Below, piece by piece: positions 1 to 9,896 of a DNA stretch of 64,000 bases. The position numbers and the translations under genes are program-made. Source of the stretch: Opitutales bacterium (GTDB lineage Bacteria > Verrucomicrobiota > Verrucomicrobiia > Opitutales > PNEW01); NCBI GenBank assembly GCA_963692525.1, contig OY829953.1, forward strand, positions 2,628,720-2,692,719, given 5' to 3'. Position 1 is the first letter of the stretch, and the number at the start of each line of letters is the position of its first letter. A model generated the notes under the pieces. It was not told where the DNA came from, made no database searches, and saw only the letters and a list, made by a program, of their open reading frames with translations.

Positions 1-1
1 T

Positions 2-151
2 ACGGAAAATTATACGACCAACATTTTACCCGTAAAATTAGAGCCCAACAAAGAGTATGTAATTTGGCTGAACAGTGAAAAATTTCAAAACTTCAAGGAC
101 CGGAGTGGAAATCCGCTCGTTCCCTTTAAATTAGCTTTTAAAACCAGATAG
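2..151 (+). CDS. C-terminal fragment of a CDS entering from upstream of the window; function not assignable
   Basis: Frame 2 is open from the window edge to TAG at 149-151 (...LPVKLEPNKEYVIWLNSEKFQNFKDRSGNPLVPFKLAFKTR*). It is below the 60-aa cut-off of the ORF track. Confidence 0.3.
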   Translation, partial: TENYTTNILPVKLEPNKEYVIWLNSEKFQNFKDRSGNPLVPFKLAFKTR

Positions 152-231
152 GTTTTCTTTGGCATAGGGGATAATAAACTATAACTGCTAGACGCAGATC
201 CCGACAGGCTGTTCATTAAATCATGTTTAAC

Positions 232-307
232 TGGTAGGCCGGCCGGGACTTGAACCCGGAACCAATGGCTTAAAAGGCCACTGCTCTACCAATTGAGCTA
301 CCGACCC
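232..307 (-). tRNA. tRNA-Lys (anticodon UUU), CCA encoded
   Basis: Reverse complement reads GGGTCGG-TA-GCTC-AATTGGTA-GAGC-A-GTGGC-CTTTTAA-GCCAT-TGGTT-CCGGG-TTCAAGT-CCCGG-CCGGCCT-A-CCA. This is a complete 76-nt cloverleaf with a G1-U72 wobble. Confidence 0.9.
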
Positions 308-454
308 GAGAGAATAATGATGCTGATCAATGGTCTGATCATCAAAAATAAAATGCAATAAATAATGTCAGACTGTTGATGATACGTCTCATCAATAAAT
401 GTGGAAATCTTTTATTATCCATGGTATGTCAAGACGGAAAGAAAACCCGGTCGT

Positions 455-1540
455 TTAAATTTTACGGAAATTGTTAATACGATGAAAAGTAAGGTAGTTA
501 GCATCATGGGCTGCAGACGCACCGCCAAGCCCATCGTCGTAAGCTGTTCTCGAGACCGCGATGATATCATCATCCTCAAATAACCAGTCCACATACTGCC
601 AGGCGTAATACACCTCGTCGGGGTGCTGGAAAAGTATCGCTTCGACCTTCCAGTTCCATAGATCGGCAGATGAAGTGAGGACGAGTATATTACGGTAAGC
701 TTTGGGATTGGTCTGCTTGCTTCCGATGGACCAGTAACGGGAAGTCTTTTCGTCATAGCGGATGGTGAACTTTGAACTGCCTCCCGGAAAGTAAATGATG
801 TCCTTGTCGCGGTCGTGAGAGAGATTCACCCCGTCATCCGTTATGTGCACGATTGCCGCTTTGTCGCCTCCCTCCCCATTGGCGCGCAATATGTCGACGA
901 GCTTTCCCTCTGGGGTTAAAACGATATTTCCCTCGATCCATTCGATCCACTTGGAACCGGGCCAGTCATAGCGGAGCGGATTGCTCACGCGCCAGTTATC
1001 AGCTATGAGTAGATCTGCATCCAAGGCGATCGAAAAAACCAGCACCGACCACTGGGGACGCTCGCCTTCCGCCAACTCATAAGCGCGCCAGATTCTTCTG
1101 TTATGAATCAATAGGGGTACCGGTGCGCAATGATAATGGGCGTCGTTCCGGATGAGCCCTGTATTTCCATCTTTGGGGTCCGTCCATGTTTTTCCTCCAT
1201 CCTCGGATCTGCGAATGACGACGTCACCATATTCGCGACTGGTGCCTATGAGATAGAGAGCGTCATTATGAATGAAAAGAGTGGACCACCACTGCCCTTT
1301 AAAACGGGAAAGCTGTTTCCAGTTTTCCCCTCTGTCGACAGAGCCGAAGACGGCCATTTCATTGTATTCCGTCCCGGGTCCAAAAAGGTCATGAGCAGCG
1401 ACGTAATTACCATTAGGAAGTACAATCAGGGTAGGGGACCCGATGAAAGCCTGGCTACTGGCTGGGCTGTGAGTAATTACCGTTCCGGGGACTTTGGAGT
1501 GATCCGGCAATCGTTGTTTTTCATTTGTTATTGGACGCAT
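455..1540 (-). CDS. BNR/Asp-box (sialidase-like beta-propeller) family protein
   Basis: 361-aa ORF with the Asp-box RRSEDGGKTW (S-x-D-x-G-x-T-W) and a weaker SVDRGENW. No signal peptide seen. Confidence 0.55.
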   Translation of the reverse strand: MRPITNEKQRLPDHSKVPGTVITHSPASSQAFIGSPTLIVLPNGNYVAAHDLFGPGTEYNEMAVFGSVDRGENWKQLSRFKGQWWSTLFIHNDALYLIGTSREYGDVVIRRSEDGGKTWTDPKDGNTGLIRNDAHYHCAPVPLLIHNRRIWRAYELAEGERPQWSVLVFSIALDADLLIADNWRVSNPLRYDWPGSKWIEWIEGNIVLTPEGKLVDILRANGEGGDKAAIVHITDDGVNLSHDRDKDIIYFPGGSSKFTIRYDEKTSRYWSIGSKQTNPKAYRNILVLTSSADLWNWKVEAILFQHPDEVYYAWQYVDWLFEDDDIIAVSRTAYDDGLGGASAAHDANYLTFHRINNFRKI

Positions 1541-1624
1541 ATAAAATAGCTATGATGAGGAAGCCGATCGTGATCATATCAGGTTGCGCCAAGGAGGTAG
1601 TAGTGATTTTGAATAATTCACCCT

Positions 1625-2383
1625 TTATATACGCACACGAAAATCATTCTTACCGGAACGATCGACGCCGCGCATAAGAAAAAGCGATCGCTCAGGAGCT
1701 GTCGATGTACCGTTTTGCCTGTTCTGGCGCTCAATATCGCGATCGTAAATGGATGTGGAAGGCATGAACCTGAGGGTTAAACCGCGTCGCGACTTATTTG
1801 ATCTGTTGGCTTTCGATCCATGTGCGAGGTAAACATCGTGAATCGACATCTGACCTGCTTCGAGAATGATGTCATGTGCTTGCTTCTCATCAAATTCAGA
1901 TTTTTTTAGCTCAAGGGGTAAACTTAAGTCCGGGTCTTCATTGAGTTCATGTTCTAGTAAACGCTTGTCTTTATGTGAACCGGGGATGACACGCAAACAA
2001 CCGTTTTCAGTGTTAGAATCGTCCACTGCGATCCACACGGTGCAAGTAGCAAGCGGTCGAATAGGCCAATATTCGCCGTCCTGGTGCCAGGGTGTGGTAC
2101 TCCCGGTCTTTGCTGGCTTGGCGAAAAAGCTTTCGTTCCAGAGGATAATGTCATCACCTAGAAGTTGTGACACGCAATTGAGAATTTCTGTATTCCGTGC
2201 AAAATTAAGAAAAACCATGTCAGATGCCAATAAGGTCGAACAGAAGTCAATGAATTGGGGTTGGTGTTCTATAAGATGATTGTGGGCGTTACTTATCTCA
2301 CTCAAGATTGAATCCGGTAAGCGATAGTCAGGTATGACATAGCCATTTTCCCGGTAATAAGAGAGCTGTTTTTCAGTCAGCAT
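1625..2383 (-). CDS. Phytanoyl-CoA dioxygenase (PhyH) family Fe(II)/2-oxoglutarate oxygenase
   Basis: 252 aa with WHQDGEYW (His-x-Asp facial triad), a downstream HGS motif and an N-terminal YRENGY start typical of PhyH proteins. Confidence 0.75.
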   Translation of the reverse strand: MLTEKQLSYYRENGYVIPDYRLPDSILSEISNAHNHLIEHQPQFIDFCSTLLASDMVFLNFARNTEILNCVSQLLGDDIILWNESFFAKPAKTGSTTPWHQDGEYWPIRPLATCTVWIAVDDSNTENGCLRVIPGSHKDKRLLEHELNEDPDLSLPLELKKSEFDEKQAHDIILEAGQMSIHDVYLAHGSKANRSNKSRRGLTLRFMPSTSIYDRDIERQNRQNGTSTAPERSLFLMRGVDRSGKNDFRVRI

Positions 2384-2583
2384 TCTGAATTGTAAGTTCT
2401 ATAGAGATTTATAGCGGAAATGAATATAAATAGTGGATAACTAATAAAATAAAAGTATATATGACTATGCGCTCGTTACTTGAATTATAATATAATTTAG
2501 ATTAATTAGAGGTATCTATAATAAAAGAATAACTATCCTCTAACTCTTCCATATATAATCTAAAAAGTTACAGGAATACCATC

Positions 2584-4815
2584 ATGAAAAATACGCTCGT
2601 TTTGTCATTAATCCTAGTATTATATAGTGTTTCAACTATTCTAATTGCACAGCCTGAATCGCTCGATACTTTTTACGATTTTGAAAATGTCACAGGTGAA
2701 GGATCGGACTTCACGATCGGTGTATCACCTTTTACCGTCCGGGTCATTGGCTATACATTACAAGATGTAGCGGATCCATCTCTTGCAAACTCAGGTAATC
2801 GGGCTCTGGTCATTGATCCCGCCGCTCCTGAACATAAAATTTTATTCGAAAGAGGCGTCAACCTGCTTCAGTTTTACGCCGTCGACACCTTGGGCGGTAG
2901 TAGAATTGAACTCAGAGATAAAAATTTTATATTTTTGGCTAATGAAGGTGTCGTCAACGGTTTGCCGACCACGCACGGTCTGCAAAGTTTTGTCTCTTTC
3001 AGCGGAGATATCCAGGATTTAACGGATCTTAATTTTACGAATGGAATAAAGGAAATTAAGCTTGTCAATCCAAGTGGGCAAGTCGCCATCGATGACTTGG
3101 GATTTACCTACGTCGAAGGACCACCGGATAATACAGTGTTTGAGGATTTTGCAGATTTAACCAATCACCCGATTTTTAAAGATTTTTCTAAACGATCCAA
3201 TTTTACTTTAGGCGTATCTCCTTATTCTGCTACCTTTACCGGCGGCATTGTTGCACCCACCGATTTCCCTCTGTTTACTTTTGAACATACAAATCCTTTA
3301 GAAACAGGTCCAGGGTCGTGGTCGATAGTAAATGATACGACGTCAAACCAGACCCCAGATCCAGCCGTGGGGATGATTGTCTTTGAAACCCCTGTTGCCA
3401 GGGTACAATTCTATGCTGCGGTATTTTTTGAAAACGATGGTGTCATTGAAGTTTTCGATACCGAGGGTAACCTGCTTACGATGACTGATGACATCCCGCT
3501 AAATATAAATATTGGCTATATGGGAGAATTTACCTATTTCGATTTCAATGCGGCGGAACTGGGAGCCCCCGGTGGAATTGGAAGTGTTCACTATACAAAT
3601 ACCCCCTTTATCGGGGATACCGGCAGTATTCCTCAAATAAGTCTTGATGATATCGGGTTTACCCCGATCGGAGCCCCCGGAAGTGGTTCAGAGGGACCGC
3701 CTCCTGATCAAGCACCCGCTATCACCACGCAACCAGCGAGCCAGGAAGTAGCATCCGGTACGGCAATCGCATTAACAGTCGCAGCCAGCGGTGAGGATCT
3801 TACTTACCAGTGGTTTACCGGAAACAGTGGGGATACTGCCAACCCCGTCGCGGGGGCCACCGGCAGCAGTTTAACTACCGGTGCACTCACTGTGAGCACT
3901 AACTTCTGGGCACAGGTAAGCAATGCCGGAGGTAGTGCCAACAGTGATACTGCAGTGATTACGGTAGCGGCGCCGGCTGTTCCCCTCGTCCTCGACGGCT
4001 CGGGCGATATCGCAGGTGAAAATATCCAGCATCCCAACGGTAATGTATTTGATCAGATTTTGTTAACCGGAGAGTCCATCCAGCTTCAGGCAAGACCTAA
4101 TCAGATAACTCGCGTCTCTTTCATGGATGTAAACGAGGACATTGTGCAGGTTGAGTTCTCAGGCGCAGGTACATTTACCGTCACCCTGGATCCGATCACC
4201 TTCCTGCCCCCGGCCATCCCCCCACGCTACAACCAGGCCGTGGAGTACGTGACTGGTAAACCGAGCGTAGTCATCGACGGAGCAGACGCTAATACCTTCT
4301 TCAGCATCTTCACTGTAGGATCGATTAACGCGGTGAACCAGGCACTCTTTCCCGAGGGACAGATCTATGACGCACAGGCGGACGTAACTTTGGTAGAAGT
4401 TGTAAATTCCACGGGCATGGGCGGCATGCAGCTGTCGAACGCCGCGTTTAGTGGAAGCACGGGCAAGGTCGGTATCGATGCGCGAGGGGTACCAATCTCG
4501 GTACGCTTAACCGTAGGTGACATCACTGCCAGTGGCGATGCGGTGCCACATTTACTATTTGGATCAGGTTCCTTCACGGTACCCGCGGGCAACCCCGGAT
4601 TGAGAATAACCGGTGGAGACTTATTACAGACAAACGGTGCCGCGGTCGTCGTCGCGGAGAGTGGATCGACAACGACCGGTTTTGAAACCCTGATCACGCA
4701 GAACAACTTTAAATCCGACAACACCCCACAACCGACACTGACCATCGACGCCACCTTCGCCAACGAAGATGGTGATGCGATTACGATTGCCGTTGAAGAG
4801 CTGACGATTGAATGA
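2584..4815 (+). CDS. Secreted multidomain protein, paralogue A (two N-terminal approx 175-aa repeats, an Ig-like domain, a conserved C-terminal domain of unknown function)
   Basis: 743-aa ORF. Signal peptide MKNTLVLSLILVLYSVSTILIAQP. Internal duplication, each copy ending DDLGFT/DDIGFT. GAPGSGSEGPPP linker. Ig-like segment ITTQP..SGTAI.LTV.ASG.DLTYQW. AT-rich upstream region. Confidence 0.85.
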   Translation: MKNTLVLSLILVLYSVSTILIAQPESLDTFYDFENVTGEGSDFTIGVSPFTVRVIGYTLQDVADPSLANSGNRALVIDPAAPEHKILFERGVNLLQFYAVDTLGGSRIELRDKNFIFLANEGVVNGLPTTHGLQSFVSFSGDIQDLTDLNFTNGIKEIKLVNPSGQVAIDDLGFTYVEGPPDNTVFEDFADLTNHPIFKDFSKRSNFTLGVSPYSATFTGGIVAPTDFPLFTFEHTNPLETGPGSWSIVNDTTSNQTPDPAVGMIVFETPVARVQFYAAVFFENDGVIEVFDTEGNLLTMTDDIPLNINIGYMGEFTYFDFNAAELGAPGGIGSVHYTNTPFIGDTGSIPQISLDDIGFTPIGAPGSGSEGPPPDQAPAITTQPASQEVASGTAIALTVAASGEDLTYQWFTGNSGDTANPVAGATGSSLTTGALTVSTNFWAQVSNAGGSANSDTAVITVAAPAVPLVLDGSGDIAGENIQHPNGNVFDQILLTGESIQLQARPNQITRVSFMDVNEDIVQVEFSGAGTFTVTLDPITFLPPAIPPRYNQAVEYVTGKPSVVIDGADANTFFSIFTVGSINAVNQALFPEGQIYDAQADVTLVEVVNSTGMGGMQLSNAAFSGSTGKVGIDARGVPISVRLTVGDITASGDAVPHLLFGSGSFTVPAGNPGLRITGGDLLQTNGAAVVVAESGSTTTGFETLITQNNFKSDNTPQPTLTIDATFANEDGDAITIAVEELTIE

Positions 4816-4840
4816 TGTCGATTACTGATTTTCGATAGGG
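4806..4840 (+). repeat. GATT-type heptamer run spanning the stop codon of secreted paralogue A
   Basis: CGATTGA-ATGATGT-CGATTAC-TGATTTT-CGATAGG, a degenerate 7-nt phase. Confidence 0.6.
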
Positions 4841-5342
4841 AATAGCCATATAAAGAACAAGAGACACAAAAAGAGATTTTAAATTGTCATTGCGAGGGTG
4901 TAAAACCGACCGAAGCAATCCAGGGGATTGTCGATCACGTATTGATATCACCCTGGAATGTAAGATGTCTGGGTACTGTCATCGGTAGCTTCGGCGCTAC
5001 GCTAATTCACTTACGACTTTCTCCAACGTGCCAGGGAGCGCGTTCCGCCTGTTTTGTCATTATGCATCCCAATAACTGTGGGACGACAGTTTCAATTCCA
5101 TGAAGTTTTTAAATTTACATTTTTAAATAAGTATTCGTAATAGAGCTCGGACGCAACGGAGTGCGTCCCTCCAGCTATGTTAAATCCTTAAACCCTAGAA
5201 TATAAACAGTATTGAATTTACGTGAACGTAATATTGATATTTTTAGTAACAAATTATTGCCAAAAAAATACTGTGTGTTAATAAAATCCCATTCATTTTT
5301 TAGTAAAAATAAGCATTATTTAATGCAGAAAAGGGATCCCAT

Positions 5343-7556
5343 ATGAGTAACTATAAATTTTTGAATACGATAATTATCTTGATTGTATTGACGGCCCATT
5401 TGTCGGCTCAGCCTGAATCACTTGAAGCTTTTTTCGATTTTGAAAATGTAACCGCTGATGGACCAGAATTTATAATCGGGGAGGCGCCATTTTCGATCCG
5501 GGTGATTGGATTCATCTTGCAGGATGTAGATCCAGGGCTTGCCCGTTCAGGGAGTCGAGCCCTGGTTGTCGATCCGAGTGTGACTGATCATAAAATATTA
5601 TTTGAAAGAGGGGTGAACCAGCTTCAGTTCTATGCGGTCGATACGCTGGGAGGGGGAAGGATCGAACTTAGAGAAAGACATTTTCGTGTTTTAAATCAAC
5701 AAGGTGTCGTCAACGGATTGCCGACCAGTCCAGGCCTTCAAAGTTTCGTCTCCTTCAGTGGAGATATCCAGGATTTGACGGATATAAATTGGACGAATGG
5801 GATTATAGAATTAAAAATTGTCAATCCCGGAGGACAAATAGCGATCGATGACCTGGGATTTACATACGTTGAAGGGCCGCCAGATAATACAATTTTTGAA
5901 GATTTTGGGTTTGCTGAGGAACGCGCTGAATTCATATTCCCGAATAGTAATACGGATTTTACGATTGGTTTTCCTCCTTATACCGCGCACTTTACTGGTG
6001 GTGTCATCACGGGGGGATTACCTGCTTATAATCACTCGATACCGGGTGGTAGTGCGCATTGGGCAATTGTCCAGCAAGAAATCTCTGGCCAGCCGGTTCA
6101 AGAGATTACAGGAGTCATTGAATTTGAAACCCCGGTTGCTCAGGTACAGTTTTACGCTGCCATTTTTTTTGAGGATGACGGCTTTATTGAAATCTTCGAT
6201 ACAGAAGGCAACTTGCTTACTGCGACTGATGATATCGGCATGAATGTAAGCATTACATTAACGGAACCATTTACTTATTTCGATTTCAATGCGGTGGAAT
6301 TAGGTGCCCCAGGCGGCATTGGAAGTTTACATTACACAAACAGGACGATCACCTCTTCGACAGGTGATGTTGATAGCATCGGAATTGACGACATCGGGTA
6401 TACCCCTATCGGTGCTCCCGGTAGCGGTTCAGAGGGACCACCTCCAGTTCAAGGTCCAACCATTACTACCCAACCGATAAGCCAGGAAGTTCAGTCCGGA
6501 ACGGCAATATTATTAACTGTAGCGGCCAGCGGGGATGATCTGACTTACCAGTGGTATACTGGCAACAGCGGCGATACTGCCAACCCCGTGGCCGGTGCCA
6601 CCACCAGCAGTTTAACAACCGGCGCTCTAACCGTGAGCACAAACTTCTGGGCACAGGTTAGCAATGCTGGAGGAAGTGCAAACAGTGAGACTGCAGTGAT
6701 CACCGTAGCAGTGCCAGCTGTTCCTCTTGTTCTGGAAGGCACGGGTGATATTGCGGGTGAAAACATTCAGCACCCCAACGGTAATGTATTCGACCAGATA
6801 TTACTCACCGGAGAATCCATACGACTGCAGGCAAGACCTAATCAGATAACCCGCGTCTCCTTCATGGATGAAACCGAGGACATTGTGCAGGTTGAGTTCT
6901 CAGGTGCAGGTACATTTACCGTCACCCTGGACCCTGCCACCTTCCTGCCCCCAGCGATTCCCCCTCGCTACAACCAGACAGTCGAGTACGTGACGGGCAA
7001 ACCGAGCGTGGTCATCGATGGAGCGAACACCAATACCTTCTTCAGTATCTTTACCGTCGGATCCATTAACGCTGTGAACCAGGCGCTCTTCCCCGAAGGG
7101 CAGGTCTATGACGCACAAGCGGACGTGACCCTGGTGGAAGTTGTAAATTCCACGGGCATGGGCGGCATGCAGTTGTCTAATGCCGCATTCAGCGGAAGCA
7201 CCGGCAAGACCGGCGTCGACGCGCGCGGGGTACCGATTGCGGTACGCTTAACGATAGGGGATATCGACGCCAGTGGTGATGCGGTGCCGCATCTCCTGTT
7301 CGGTGAGGGATCTTTCACTGTTGCCGCCGGAAATCCCGGGTTGAGGATTACGGGCGGTGATCTGTCACAGACAAACGGCGCAGCGGTTGTCGTGGCAGAG
7401 AGCGGATCAACGACCACTGGATTTGAGACCCTGATTACGCAGAATAATTTTAAATCGGATAATACTCCACAGCCGACACTGAGTATTGACGCCACCTTCG
7501 CCAACGAGGACGGCGATGCGATTACGGTCGCGGTTGAAGAATTAACGATTGAGTGA
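5343..7556 (+). CDS. Secreted multidomain protein, paralogue B (same architecture as 2584-4815)
   Basis: 737-aa ORF. Signal peptide ...IIILIVLTAHLSAQP. Collinear with paralogue A. The C-terminal approx 370 aa are roughly nine-tenths identical by eye; the N-terminal half is much more diverged. Confidence 0.85.
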   Translation: MSNYKFLNTIIILIVLTAHLSAQPESLEAFFDFENVTADGPEFIIGEAPFSIRVIGFILQDVDPGLARSGSRALVVDPSVTDHKILFERGVNQLQFYAVDTLGGGRIELRERHFRVLNQQGVVNGLPTSPGLQSFVSFSGDIQDLTDINWTNGIIELKIVNPGGQIAIDDLGFTYVEGPPDNTIFEDFGFAEERAEFIFPNSNTDFTIGFPPYTAHFTGGVITGGLPAYNHSIPGGSAHWAIVQQEISGQPVQEITGVIEFETPVAQVQFYAAIFFEDDGFIEIFDTEGNLLTATDDIGMNVSITLTEPFTYFDFNAVELGAPGGIGSLHYTNRTITSSTGDVDSIGIDDIGYTPIGAPGSGSEGPPPVQGPTITTQPISQEVQSGTAILLTVAASGDDLTYQWYTGNSGDTANPVAGATTSSLTTGALTVSTNFWAQVSNAGGSANSETAVITVAVPAVPLVLEGTGDIAGENIQHPNGNVFDQILLTGESIRLQARPNQITRVSFMDETEDIVQVEFSGAGTFTVTLDPATFLPPAIPPRYNQTVEYVTGKPSVVIDGANTNTFFSIFTVGSINAVNQALFPEGQVYDAQADVTLVEVVNSTGMGGMQLSNAAFSGSTGKTGVDARGVPIAVRLTIGDIDASGDAVPHLLFGEGSFTVAAGNPGLRITGGDLSQTNGAAVVVAESGSTTTGFETLITQNNFKSDNTPQPTLSIDATFANEDGDAITVAVEELTIE

Positions 7557-7573
7557 ACTGATTGCGGATTGTT
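7546..7573 (+). repeat. GATT-type heptamer run spanning the stop codon of secreted paralogue B
   Basis: CGATTGA-GTGAACT-GATTGCG-GATTGTT. Confidence 0.6.
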
Positions 7574-7777
7574 CCTAACGGTTATAAAATATAATATTCA
7601 TTTAAGTTATATAATGCGGATGCAGAGGAGTGTATCCATCCAACGGTCTTAATTCTTTAGTATCGCACTTGTTTTCTTTCTTGTGTATTTTGCGTGTCTT
7701 GCGTTGCTTAGATAGGGTGTCGCGGGAGCGAAGTTCTGAGTGTCGATCGTAAATTTTTAAACTAATATTGAAATGCT

Positions 7778-8239
7778 ATGACAGAAGATAAAACATTTCC
7801 TGCACGTGGGAGCATCGAAGAGATTGAGGAGGGCGAATTGCTCCAACCGAAATTCGATGAGAAAGGTCTCATTCCCTGCATCGCACAAGATGCGGAGACC
7901 AACGAAATCCTAATGTTTGCCTACATGAATGACACCGCTTTACAGGCGTCCATCAGTACCGGGTTAGCGCACTATTATTCTCGCTCACGAAAAAAACTTT
8001 GGAAGAAAGGAGAGCAATCGGGTAACTTTCAACGTATTGTCAGCCTGCAAATTGATTGCGATCAGGATTGTATTCTAATTAAGGTAAAAATCGATGGCGG
8101 TGCCTCGTGTCACCTTGGCTATCGTTCCTGCTTTTTCCGGGGATTGGAAGATCTATCTGAAAACACGGATTTCAAATTAGATTTCGTCGAAAAAGAAAAA
8201 GTCTTTGATCCGGAAAAAGTTTATAAGAAGAATAATTAA
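7778..8239 (+). CDS. hisI: Phosphoribosyl-AMP cyclohydrolase
   Basis: 153 aa. GLIPCIAQD...ILMFAYMN...YYSRSR..LW.KGE.SGN...DCDQD..L..V....ASCH.GYRSCF matches the HisI signature by recall. Confidence 0.85.
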   Translation: MTEDKTFPARGSIEEIEEGELLQPKFDEKGLIPCIAQDAETNEILMFAYMNDTALQASISTGLAHYYSRSRKKLWKKGEQSGNFQRIVSLQIDCDQDCILIKVKIDGGASCHLGYRSCFFRGLEDLSENTDFKLDFVEKEKVFDPEKVYKKNN

Positions 8240-8248
8240 ATTTCGGTT

Positions 8249-9751
8249 ATGATAGAAGAATCGCCCTCATTCAGCGCGCTTAACTACATTATTTGTTTCG
8301 TTTATCTTACCGTGATGTTCGGTATCGGACTGTGGCTGGCGGGTAAGCAGAAGACGACGGAAGACTACTTCCTCGCGGGAAGAAAAATGCCATGGATTAT
8401 TGTCGCCATGAGTATGTTTGCCTCACTTACGAGCGCGGCTTCATTTATTGGATTACCGGGACTGGCGTATAGAGAAAACATCTCTCATATTGCTTTAGGA
8501 GTAGTAAGTGTCCTCGCGGCTCCTTTTTTTATTTATCTTTTTTTTCCTTTTTATCGACGTCTTCACGTAACGACAACATACGAATATATCGGTGTTCGCT
8601 ACGGGAACCCCGGCCGCTATGCGGTATCCGGATTGTTTGTCCTGCTGCGTTTATCCTGGTTAGGCGTTGTCATTTATTCTCCAGCTCTAGCTCTATCGGT
8701 TGTGACCGGAGTTAATCTTTATATCGCTATTCTTCTCATGGGCGTTCTCGCCACCACCTATACCGTTCTCGGTGGCCTGTCCGCTGTTTTATGGACTGAT
8801 GCTATTCAATTTATCCTCCTCGTGGGCGGCGCAATTTGGGTGTCGGTGAGTCTGCTTTACGCCGTACCAGATGGGTGGAGCGGGATCATGAGAATCGCTG
8901 GAGAGACAGACCATCTGAATGTTTTTACTTGGAAGATCAATCTATTTGAAATGAGTGCAACGGCTATAGCGATCACTACATTTATCGGTTTATTTCAAGA
9001 TTACGGAATAGACCAGGTGACTGTGCAAAGGCTATTATCGACAAAGAAATTCAGCGGAATGGTAAAGGCTGCCATTTTTAATTCATTCATTGATCTTACG
9101 GTTATAGGTATGTTGATGTTTATGGGGATAGGTTTGTTTGCTTATTACACTAGTTTCCCTGAGCAAGTATCCACCGGAATGGAAGGCGATAGGGTGCTCC
9201 CTTTTTTCATAATACAAAACCTTCCTAACGGCGTATCGGGGCTTCTGATCACAGCTATTTTTGCCGCAGCGATGTCGAGTATGGATTCGGGAATTAATTC
9301 GATCTCTACCGTCATCGTTAACGATTTTGTTCGACCCTTGCGCCGTGTAGCGAGGACTGAACATCAAGACGTGCAGTTAGCGCGTATTCTAACGATTATT
9401 CTGGGTGCGGTAGCGGTCGTCGTTGCCTGTTATATTACGACAATAGGAGAAATTATGCGATCTGCCGGCACGCTCATGAGTCTTTTTTCCGGGCCAATAC
9501 TTGGATTTTTTCTCCTCGGTATTTTTACGCAAAGAGCAAGTTTTCGGGGATGGATTATGGGAGTAATAGTCGCTATACCTGCAACACTCTGGTTGCAACA
9601 TGGCACTGAGGTTCATTTTATTTATTACCAGTTTTTTTGTTTAAGTGTGAACATGATCGTCACCTATCCAGCAAGTCTTATTTTGGGTGGAGAGATGGGA
9701 CAGAAAAAATATACGCTCAGAGGAAGAGCAGAATTAAATTCAATTGAATAA
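8249..9751 (+). CDS. Sodium:solute symporter (SSF) family transporter
   Basis: 500 aa, about 13 hydrophobic segments, N-terminal YFLAGRKMPW motif typical of SSF transporters. Confidence 0.8.
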   Translation: MIEESPSFSALNYIICFVYLTVMFGIGLWLAGKQKTTEDYFLAGRKMPWIIVAMSMFASLTSAASFIGLPGLAYRENISHIALGVVSVLAAPFFIYLFFPFYRRLHVTTTYEYIGVRYGNPGRYAVSGLFVLLRLSWLGVVIYSPALALSVVTGVNLYIAILLMGVLATTYTVLGGLSAVLWTDAIQFILLVGGAIWVSVSLLYAVPDGWSGIMRIAGETDHLNVFTWKINLFEMSATAIAITTFIGLFQDYGIDQVTVQRLLSTKKFSGMVKAAIFNSFIDLTVIGMLMFMGIGLFAYYTSFPEQVSTGMEGDRVLPFFIIQNLPNGVSGLLITAIFAAAMSSMDSGINSISTVIVNDFVRPLRRVARTEHQDVQLARILTIILGAVAVVVACYITTIGEIMRSAGTLMSLFSGPILGFFLLGIFTQRASFRGWIMGVIVAIPATLWLQHGTEVHFIYYQFFCLSVNMIVTYPASLILGGEMGQKKYTLRGRAELNSIE

Positions 9752-9896
9752 TGGGGCGCTATTTATAAGAAGATTAATATAGTCTTCGTCTCTGTTTGCA
9801 TCATCTATCGATGCCCTATGTATGAGAGTTAGAATTTATAAAACTTGAAAATCCTCTTCTTAAGTTCATTCTGAATTACTTATATTTTTATTAAAG

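Noticed and set aside
4365-4763. 132-aa antisense ORF conserved in both secreted paralogues (also 7106-7504; likewise 3804-4037 and 6545-6766)
   Set aside because: The conservation is a by-product of the sense-strand paralogy. The sense ORFs are long and signal-peptide-bearing and explain the region. The antisense peptides are Pro/Ala/Val-rich, as expected for a GC-rich third-position complement.
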